A DNA stretch of 64,000 nt, taken from positions 8,592 to 72,591 of the forward strand of contig CBDUYR010000008.1 in the NCBI GenBank assembly GCA_965371515.1, in the 5' to 3' direction. Each line of letters opens with the position of its first letter. Position 1 is the first letter of the stretch. This stretch comes from an uncultured bacterium (GTDB lineage Bacteria; Krumholzibacteriota; Krumholzibacteriia; Krumholzibacteriales; Krumholzibacteriaceae). Under the pieces are notes generated by a model. It saw nothing but the letters and a program-made list of their open reading frames with translations. It did no database searches and was not told the origin of the DNA. Made by a program: the position numbers and the translations under genes. Positions 57,245-64,000 of this stretch are shown in pieces.

Positions 57245-58238
57245 CAGGGTGGAGCTCCGCGTGAGGGCGGGAAACGGGGGGAACGGGTGCGTCTCCTTCA
57301 GGAGGGAGAAGTTTGTCCCCCGTGGAGGGCCTGACGGCGGGGACGGTGGAAGGGGCGGCGATGTTATCATCAGGGTCCAGTCGCAGATGAGGACCCTGCT
57401 CGATCTGAGATACAGGAAGGAATACGCGGCGAAGAACGGCAGGCCCGGAGAAGGCGCGAGGAAGACCGGCAAAAGCGCTCCGCCGGTGGTCATCAATGTG
57501 CCGTCCGGAACACTCATAGAGGATATCAATACGGGTGAGACCGTTGCCGACCTGATGAACGATCACGATGAGGTCATGGTGGTAACAGGGGGGAAGGGAG
57601 GCAGTGGAAACTGGCACTTCAGGAGCGCGACCGACCAGACTCCGCGAAGGGCAATGCCGGGTATATCCGGCGCGGAAAGAAACCTGCGCCTGACGCTCAA
57701 GCTGATCGCGGACGTCGGTCTTGTCGGCCTTCCGAACGCCGGCAAGTCGACACTGCTGCGGTCGGTGAGCGAGGCGAATCCTCTTGTGGCCGAGTATCCA
57801 TTCTCGACCCTCACGCCGAATCTCGGTATCGTGAAAATCGACGAGGCCGCCTCGTTCTGCATGATCGATATCCCCGGACTTATCGAGGGGGCGCACGAGG
57901 GCAAGGGGCTCGGCCTCGAGTTCCTCCGCCATATCGAGAGGTGCAGAGTGCTCTGCTTCATCGTCGATGCCGCCTCGCATGAGGCGACTCCGGAGGACGC
58001 TTATCGCCAGCTGATCTCCGAGCTGGGGCAGTACAGCGCGGCGCTGCTCGAAAGGCCCCGCTTCGTTGCTCTCAACAAGATCGATCTGCTGCCCGGCGGA
58101 GTGGAAGAGGTCGAGTTCCAGCCGGTGGGGGAGGAGAGGGTCCATATCATCTCGGCCCTTGCGCGCAGGGGCCTCGAAGATCTCATGCGAGAGCTCTATC
58201 ACGCAGTTCTCGACGCGGAGAACGCAGGGGACGGGTAA
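57228..58238 (+). CDS. obgE: GTPase ObgE/CgtA
   Basis: FIDRV...GNGGNGCVSFRREKFVPRGGPDGGDGG; GLPNAGKST; DIPGLIEGAHEGKGLG; NKID. Confidence 0.97.
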   Translation: MTMFIDRVELRVRAGNGGNGCVSFRREKFVPRGGPDGGDGGRGGDVIIRVQSQMRTLLDLRYRKEYAAKNGRPGEGARKTGKSAPPVVINVPSGTLIEDINTGETVADLMNDHDEVMVVTGGKGGSGNWHFRSATDQTPRRAMPGISGAERNLRLTLKLIADVGLVGLPNAGKSTLLRSVSEANPLVAEYPFSTLTPNLGIVKIDEAASFCMIDIPGLIEGAHEGKGLGLEFLRHIERCRVLCFIVDAASHEATPEDAYRQLISELGQYSAALLERPRFVALNKIDLLPGGVEEVEFQPVGEERVHIISALARRGLEDLMRELYHAVLDAENAGDG

Positions 58239-58247
58239 CGCTGCAGC

Positions 58248-59492
58248 CTACTCCGGATCGCTGATCGCACCCATGAACAGTATCAGCCCTGTATTGTCAT
58301 CGACGATCGCGATGAGGAAGGGCCTGTCGACGACCATGTGGAATGGATCCACAACGGGCATTGCCGATGTGAGCCGGATCGTGATCGCCGTCGCGGCGGC
58401 GGCCTCGGTGCCTTTCTCGTTCACCTCTATGACTGCCTTATGCAGGACGTCGCTTATGTAGACATCGCCCGGTCCGCATTCGCAGAGGTTCGAGAAATCG
58501 GCGCTGCGGCTGAAGGCATCCTTCATCCCCATGCCCGAGAGTGTTCCGTTGAGTCTCGAGAAGTACTCCGCCTTGAATCGCGGCATCTCGATCGTGCCGT
58601 CGCGCTCCGCAAGGGTGCCGGTCCACGTCTTCCAGTCTTTGAGAGCAAGTTTTCCGATAAGGTCTGCGAGCGTGTTTTCCCCGGAGGGGAGGAAGACGTA
58701 CATCGAGGTCCCGCCTCCGGAGGGCCCGTCATCCGATGCGTTCTTGCCGTATGGCAGTCTCACAGCCTGAAAGAGTTCGTTCTCGTGACAGTCGAGCTTT
58801 CCGGAACGTTTCATCATCGGGACCGATTTTTTACCCTTCGGCGAGTGGAAAGGCCTTTCTTCCGTGAGATCCTTGTCGAATTCGACCGTCCATTCGCCTT
58901 TGAAATAGATCGCGTTGACGAGGATCGCGACGTCGTCCGGATCGACCGAATCGATAATAGAGGGGATCATCCCCTCCGTCCGCTCCTCGACCCACCTGTT
59001 GATCTCCTTCTCCGTCTCGAGCAGGCAGACGCCGGCGTTGAAATGCTTCTCGTTCCTGCTTACGAATTCCTTCCTGAAGGGGAAGCCCTCCCTGAGCCAT
59101 AGAGAGTTGGCGATCGACAGGGTGATCCCCGTACCCGTCTCGGACAGATGGTCGACGAGCAGCCCGTTGGCCCCGTTGTAAGCGCTCAGCTCCATCGACC
59201 CGGCACCGAGAAGGCGGGCCATCTCAGCGGCTGTAGTGCCGCCGGCGCCGTTGTATGCCATGCCGAGGCAGAGAGCCACGCTGACGGGGGAGACGAACAC
59301 GTTGTCCCCATCGCTGCCGGCCGCTTCGCGGGTGAAGAGATCGACGCCGAACCGGTTGTAACCTTCGAGCAGCGGCCCCGCGCTCGCGGGCTCCGTCCCG
59401 GATTCGTCAGTCCCGGCGCACGCGAACGACTGGGTGAGGCAGAAAAGGACTAGAAAGAACAGTGGAACAGTTCTGAAGATGCGTTTCATCAT
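58248..59492 (-). CDS. Serpin (serine protease inhibitor), exported
   Basis: Signal peptide; NVFVSPVS, YNGAGGTT, INRWVEERTEGMI, LVNAIYFKGEW, MPRFK; hinge EVNEKGTEAAAAT; VDRPFL...ILFMG. Confidence 0.95.
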   Translation of the reverse strand: MMKRIFRTVPLFFLVLFCLTQSFACAGTDESGTEPASAGPLLEGYNRFGVDLFTREAAGSDGDNVFVSPVSVALCLGMAYNGAGGTTAAEMARLLGAGSMELSAYNGANGLLVDHLSETGTGITLSIANSLWLREGFPFRKEFVSRNEKHFNAGVCLLETEKEINRWVEERTEGMIPSIIDSVDPDDVAILVNAIYFKGEWTVEFDKDLTEERPFHSPKGKKSVPMMKRSGKLDCHENELFQAVRLPYGKNASDDGPSGGGTSMYVFLPSGENTLADLIGKLALKDWKTWTGTLAERDGTIEMPRFKAEYFSRLNGTLSGMGMKDAFSRSADFSNLCECGPGDVYISDVLHKAVIEVNEKGTEAAAATAITIRLTSAMPVVDPFHMVVDRPFLIAIVDDNTGLILFMGAISDPE

Positions 59493-59700
59493 TTACCTCC
59501 ATGTATTGGCCATAATAGATTCTACAAGCGAAGCCGCTACGGATTCCATGATAATAAACGGATCGGACTCTCCTGGTAAATGTGCAATGCTATATCTTGC
59601 ATCAAATGAGAACACTTTTCAAACACGTCGCAAATCGTATAGAATCGGCACCCGGTAGGCAGCGGGCAAAAAGTGGCGATGAGAGGGGCAGGCTGACGGA

Positions 59701-61023
59701 TTGAAAGACGACGGCAGAAGAGCCATCTTCTCCTGGGCTATGTACGACTGGGCCAACTCCGCCTTCGCCACGACGGTGATAGCTGGATTCTTCCCCGTAT
59801 TCTTCAACGGGTACTGGAGCGCTGGAGCCGACACGACGGTGACGACCGCAAGGCTGGGGCTCGCGAACGCAATCGCCGGGATAACGGTAGCCCTGCTCGC
59901 GCCGGTGCTCGGCGCCATCGCCGACCGCAGCTCGGCGAGGAAGAAATTCCTCGTCTTTTTCGCCTTCATGGGGGCCCTGATGACCGCGTCTCTCTGGATG
60001 GTCTCGCGAGGGGACTGGAAGGCTGCGATCCTCATCTTCGTCCTCGCCTCTATCGGGTTCAGCGGAAGCATCGTTTTCAACGATTCCCTTCTCGTTTCGG
60101 TGGCCGGGCCGAAGCAGAGGGAAAGGGTATCTGCCCTGGGCTACGCACTCGGATATCTGGGCGGCGGCCTTCTCTTTGCCCTCAATATCGCGATGACGCT
60201 GCGTCCGGCGGCCTTCGGGCTCGCCGGGCCGGAGGAGGCGGTCAGATACTCGTTTCTCACTGTGGGACTCTGGTGGGTGGTCTTTACCATACCTCTGATC
60301 ATGTTTGTCAAAGAGAAGCGCCCGGAACGGACACCGGGTATCCGCAGAACGGTGGCGGGCGGTATGCGGGAGCTGGTGGGCACCTTCAGGGCGATAAGGC
60401 GGCTCAGGATGGTATTCCTCTTTCTCGTAGCCTACTGGCTGTACATCGACGGGGTCGACACGATCGTGAGGATGGCAGTCGACTATGGCATGTCGATCGG
60501 CCTCGAGCGCAACGATCTGATAATGGCTCTTCTCGTGACGCAGTTCGTAGGCTTCCCATCGGCGATCGCGTTCGGGAGGATCGGCGCGAAGATCGGCGCG
60601 CGCAGGGCGATATTCATCGCGATAGGGGTCTATCTTTTCGTAACGGTCTGGGCGGCGCTGATGGACAGCCGCGAGGAGTTCTATGTCCTCGCCGTCTCGG
60701 TCGGTCTTGTCCAGGGCGGCATCCAGGCGCTGAGTCGTTCGCTCTTCGCCGGGATCGTGCCGGAGGAAAAATCGGCGAGGTATTTCGGATTCTACAACAT
60801 GGTCGGGAAATTCGCCGCGGTGATAGGTCCGGTACTCATGGGCACTACCGGCATCGTGCTGAGATCCTTAGGCGCCGGCGCAGAGACGGCGACGAGGCTT
60901 GGCATCACCTCGGTCGCGATCCTGTTCATAGCGGGCGGCATCCTGCTCTACTTTGTCGACGAGGAGAAAGCGAGACGGGAGATCATGGAAGTCGAGAGCG
61001 GCGGGAGCACGCTCGGCACTTGA
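59701..61023 (+). CDS. MFS transporter (UMF1/Atg22-like family)
   Basis: SWAMYDWANSAF, APVLGAIAD, VSALGYALGYLGG, YIDGVDT, GGIQALSRS; about 12 TM segments. Confidence 0.9.
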   Translation: MKDDGRRAIFSWAMYDWANSAFATTVIAGFFPVFFNGYWSAGADTTVTTARLGLANAIAGITVALLAPVLGAIADRSSARKKFLVFFAFMGALMTASLWMVSRGDWKAAILIFVLASIGFSGSIVFNDSLLVSVAGPKQRERVSALGYALGYLGGGLLFALNIAMTLRPAAFGLAGPEEAVRYSFLTVGLWWVVFTIPLIMFVKEKRPERTPGIRRTVAGGMRELVGTFRAIRRLRMVFLFLVAYWLYIDGVDTIVRMAVDYGMSIGLERNDLIMALLVTQFVGFPSAIAFGRIGAKIGARRAIFIAIGVYLFVTVWAALMDSREEFYVLAVSVGLVQGGIQALSRSLFAGIVPEEKSARYFGFYNMVGKFAAVIGPVLMGTTGIVLRSLGAGAETATRLGITSVAILFIAGGILLYFVDEEKARREIMEVESGGSTLGT

Positions 61024-61085
61024 CACCGCGGCGGTACTGTTGCACGATGGGCCTCTGACGGAAAGCGCCCGCACAAGGAGGACTC

Positions 61086-62453
61086 TTGGATTTCAGGAAC
61101 CTTTTCGAGCCGAAGACGATGGCGGTTATCGGATTGTCGCTGAGCAACGAACGCCATCCGGCTAACATCATCTACAACAAGAACTACTTTCGTTACCCGG
61201 TGAAGGTGTACGGCGTGAACCCGAAGGGCGGGACGTACCACAAGGAAAAGATCTACACGTCGATCTCGGAGATCCCCGAGAAGATCGACCTGGCGGTAAT
61301 CGCCGTGCGGGCCGAGTACGTTTCCGGCGTTCTGAGGGATTGCATCGACAGCTGGGTCGGCGGGGCCGCCGTAATATCGGGCGGGTTCGCCGAGACGGGG
61401 AGGCTCGACCTGAGGCGGCAGTTCGAAGAGATCGCCGCCGAGGCCGATTTTCCCATCATCGGCCCCAACTGTCTCGGGATCTACTCCCCGGGCGAGGTCG
61501 ACTCCCTCTTTCTGCCGAGCGAGAGGATGGTCAGGCCCGAGCAGGGGAACGTGGCGCTCGTCAGCCAGAGCGGCGGAATACTGGTCGACCAGATGGTCAA
61601 GTTCGCCGGGCAGGGAATCGGGCTCTCGAGGGCGGTCAGCATCGGCAACAAGGCTGCTGTCGGGGAGCTCGAACTGCTCAAGTACCTCGCGAGGGACGAA
61701 AAGACAGATGTGATCGCCTTCTATATCGAGGGATTCGGCCCGGGTGAGGGGAGGGAGTTCGTGACTGCGGCAGCGAGGTGCCCCAAGCCCGTGATTATCA
61801 TGAAGGCCGGCAAGAGCGCCGGGGGAAGCCGTGCCGTGTCGAGCCACACCGCCTCGATTGCGGGGGACTACGCTGTTTTTTCATCCGTGATGCGTCAGTT
61901 CGGGATCGTCGAGGCGAAGGACGAGTTCGAGATGGTCTCGTTCTGCGAATCGCTCAGCTGCTACAGCAGGGGAATCGACGGCAGGGTCGGCATCGTGACG
62001 GCGAGCGGAGGGCACGGCGCCGTGGCGGTCGACACGTGCGAGGCGTCGGGACTTGTGGTGCCGCAGTTCTCCGAAGAGATCCAGGAGAAGCTACGCGGGC
62101 GTCTCTCTCAAAGCGTCCAGCCGATCGCCTCACTGGGTAACCCGATTGACCTTACCGGAAGCGCACGGGACGACGATTTCGTCATCTCGGCCAGTGAGCT
62201 GAGCAGGCTTCCCGACATCGACTGCGTGATCATCCTCCTGCTGCCCTACATACCCGAGGTCACATCGGACGTGGGCGCGAGGCTGAGCCAGGTCTACCAT
62301 GAGGAGGGGAAGCCGATAGTGGCGTATGTCCCGCACGTCGAAAAGTACAGGATGATCATAGAGGGATTCCAGCTCAACAACGTTCCCGTCTCTCACTCTA
62401 TCGAGGGAGCGATCCTGATGGTTGAGGCGATGAAGAGGTGCAAGCCATGCTGA
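61086..62453 (+). CDS. ADP-forming acyl-CoA (acetate-CoA) ligase, alpha subunit
   Basis: CoA-binding domain (VNPKG, IDLAVIAV, GGFAETG, IIGPNCLG), SQSGG, SIGNKA, phospho-His region AVSSHTASIAG, NPIDLTG. Confidence 0.88.
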   Translation: MDFRNLFEPKTMAVIGLSLSNERHPANIIYNKNYFRYPVKVYGVNPKGGTYHKEKIYTSISEIPEKIDLAVIAVRAEYVSGVLRDCIDSWVGGAAVISGGFAETGRLDLRRQFEEIAAEADFPIIGPNCLGIYSPGEVDSLFLPSERMVRPEQGNVALVSQSGGILVDQMVKFAGQGIGLSRAVSIGNKAAVGELELLKYLARDEKTDVIAFYIEGFGPGEGREFVTAAARCPKPVIIMKAGKSAGGSRAVSSHTASIAGDYAVFSSVMRQFGIVEAKDEFEMVSFCESLSCYSRGIDGRVGIVTASGGHGAVAVDTCEASGLVVPQFSEEIQEKLRGRLSQSVQPIASLGNPIDLTGSARDDDFVISASELSRLPDIDCVIILLLPYIPEVTSDVGARLSQVYHEEGKPIVAYVPHVEKYRMIIEGFQLNNVPVSHSIEGAILMVEAMKRCKPC

Positions 62454-63139
62454 GTGAAACAGCTGCCGCTGTCCTTGAGGAATCGAAGAAACGAGGCTGG
62501 GTCCTCGAACCCGACGCGAAGCGTCTCTTCGCCGACGCCGGATTCGATGTTCCCGTCTCGGAGCAGGTACGCTCGGAAGACGAGGCCGTCGCGGCGGGAG
62601 AGCGGATCGGCTGGCCCGTGGTGGCGAAGGTCGTCTCGCCCGACGTTATTCACAAGTCGGAAGCAGGTGGCGTCGCCGTTGGGATAGACGGACCCGGGGC
62701 GATGCGTGAGGTGTTCGCTCGCCTGAGTAATATCGATGGGTGCGAAGGCGTTCTTGTCGAGGAGATGCTGCCCGGGATCGAGCTGATCATAGGCGGCAAG
62801 ATCGACGGGCAGTTCGGGCCCGTGGTGCTTGCCGGGATTGGTGGAGTCGGCGTCGAGATTTACAAGGACACGGCGATAAGGATGGCTCCGATCGAGGAAA
62901 AAGACGTTGCCTCGATGCTCAACGACATCGTGGCAGGCAGCATCCTGCGCGGCTACCGCGGCTCGGCGGGAGTGAACCTGGAGGAACTGAAGAAGTTGAT
63001 AGCAGGTTTCTCCAGCCTGATCGTCGAGATGGCGGACCTCGTCGAATCGGTCGATCTCAATCCGGTTCTCTGTACGGAGGAAAGATGCGTCATCGCCGAC
63101 GCGAGAATAATCCTTAAAAAAAACGACAAATGCAGTTGA
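62447..63139 (+). CDS. ADP-forming acyl-CoA ligase, beta (ATP-grasp) subunit
   Basis: Probable ATG 62447 overlapping the alpha-subunit end; IGWPVVAKVVSPDVIHKSEAGGV, ELIIGG..DGQFGPVV, LRGYRG, DLNPV, ADARI. Confidence 0.88.
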   Translation: MLSETAAAVLEESKKRGWVLEPDAKRLFADAGFDVPVSEQVRSEDEAVAAGERIGWPVVAKVVSPDVIHKSEAGGVAVGIDGPGAMREVFARLSNIDGCEGVLVEEMLPGIELIIGGKIDGQFGPVVLAGIGGVGVEIYKDTAIRMAPIEEKDVASMLNDIVAGSILRGYRGSAGVNLEELKKLIAGFSSLIVEMADLVESVDLNPVLCTEERCVIADARIILKKNDKCS

Positions 63140-63165
63140 CAAGGCAAATGGAAGCGGTTTAGGCT
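63136..63165 (+). promoter_or_regulatory. sigma70-type promoter of the histone gene
   Basis: Perfect TTGACA (63136-63141), 18 nt, TAGGCT (63160-63165). Confidence 0.6.
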
Positions 63166-63233
63166 TCGTTCAGGTAAACAGGTAAGCAACTCGTCTCAAA
63201 GTCTGTCAAGCGACAGAAAGAAGGAGGTACAAG

Positions 63234-63410
63234 ATGGCAGAGACTTACGTTTACGCTTCGAGGATCAAGGAACTGGCCAAGAAGTTCGGTCTCAGGATGA
63301 GCGGGGACGCAGCCGACGCCCTTAACGCGCAGATCGCTGAGATGGTCAAGGCCGCTGCCGATAGGGCGAAGGGTAACAAGCGCAAGACTATCTACCCGTT
63401 CGACTTCTAG
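63234..63410 (+). CDS. Bacterial histone-fold protein, 58 aa
   Basis: Below the ORF track cutoff. MAETYVYASRIKELAKKFGLRMSGDAADALNAQIAEMVKAAADRAKGNKRKTIYPFDF: alpha1, L1 'RMS', long alpha2, L2 RKTIxxxD histone signature. AGGAGGT ribosome-binding site, promoter and terminator. Confidence 0.9.
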   Translation: MAETYVYASRIKELAKKFGLRMSGDAADALNAQIAEMVKAAADRAKGNKRKTIYPFDF

Positions 63411-63435
63411 AGCCTGCGCGCCAGTATTTGATATC

Positions 63436-63470
63436 AAGGGGCGGCCGCTTGTCGGTCGCCCTTCTCTTTG
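63436..63470 (+). terminator. Intrinsic terminator after the histone gene
   Basis: GGGCGGCCG-cttgt-CGGTCGCCC stem followed by TTCTCTTTG; lies between convergent genes. Confidence 0.8.
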
Positions 63471-63475
63471 TGCAG

Positions 63476-64000
63476 TCACAGTCGGTTCTTAGGCATGAAT
63501 CCCTCAAGCATATGAAGCTGCCAGAGGTCACGGCTGTTCCAGCGGAGCAAAGGATGCAGCGCGAGCTTTCCGGTAATGCCTATGCGCCCCTCGAGGTATT
63601 TGAGCTCACTGAACATGTCCTCGACGTCGGGGTCGGGGGGAGGCTCGAAATCATTCTCCCGCATCAGGAGGATTCCCTTTGCCCTTATAGACAGCTCGAT
63701 GTGCAGGCGCAGGTAGCAGAGCATATCGGCCACTGTCTCGCCCGGGAAGGTCCGTTTGAGTGAGATGAGATATTCACCGACAGGCGTACTCGCAATGTCG
63801 CCTGAGGTTATCATCTCCAGCATCTGTTGGTCAGAGTCGAAGCCGATACCGAGCCATCTGCGGAGCGTACGCTCGCTCTGACGAAATACGAGCATCATCA
63901 CCAGGGGGACGCCGATCAGCAGTGCGAGGAGCGTGACGCGCAGGGAGATGAAGAAATGGTTGAAGAGAGAGTGTATCAGGACAGCCATCAGGAAGGCGGG
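63476..64000 (-). CDS. PrsW family intramembrane metalloprotease, C-terminal part (5' end outside the window)
   Basis: Frame open to the window edge; AVLIHSLFN resembles the PrsW HxxxN motif and is followed by a TM segment and a soluble tail. Confidence 0.55.
   Translation of the reverse strand, partial: PAFLMAVLIHSLFNHFFISLRVTLLALLIGVPLVMMLVFRQSERTLRRWLGIGFDSDQQMLEMITSGDIASTPVGEYLISLKRTFPGETVADMLCYLRLHIELSIRAKGILLMRENDFEPPPDPDVEDMFSELKYLEGRIGITGKLALHPLLRWNSRDLWQLHMLEGFMPKNRL

Noticed and set aside
1..64000. CRISPR arrays, IS elements, integrases, prophage genes, tRNA/rRNA and defence systems
   Set aside because: No regularly spaced repeats, transposase/integrase/phage motifs or cloverleaf structures were seen; dinG is a stand-alone housekeeping type with no cas genes nearby

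Overview
GC-rich, densely coding chromosomal segment of a diderm bacterium. It uses Shine-Dalgarno sites and TTGACA/TATAAT-type promoters, so it is not a typical Bacteroidota member. The gene content suggests a candidate phylum near the FCB group, such as Krumholzibacteriota or Latescibacterota (inference only). From left to right: ppiD-like chaperone (partial), M23 peptidase, dnaE, an outer-membrane barrel and accA. Next is a promoter with a structured leader and terminator, then a type IX secretion (T9SS)-like envelope cluster (Trm112-like protein, membrane protein, PorU-like C25 sortase, PorV, M6 protease with a C-terminal sorting domain, two paralogous membrane proteins, NHL protein, a 1136-aa SprA-reminiscent barrel and an Omp85). 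These are followed by thiC-like, dinG, hutU/hutI, an SgmX-like TPR protein, a PHP protein and a TonB-dependent receptor. A complete Myxococcus/Geobacter-style type IVa pilus locus (pilBTCSRA, ABC module, pilD, pilMNOPQ) carries five sigma54-type promoter motifs. The right end has rsmD, coaD, an aminotransferase, a GlcD-like oxidase, obgE, a serpin, an MFS transporter, a split ADP-forming acyl-CoA synthetase, a 58-aa bacterial histone missed by the ORF track, and a partial PrsW-like gene. I saw no rRNA, tRNA, CRISPR array or mobile element. The best leads are the histone transcription unit, the compact T9SS-like cluster, a PilS with a natural ExxN-to-ExxA change, the sigma54-wired pilus regulon, and two structured RNA leaders. 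All assignments come from recognising motifs by eye; no database searches were run.
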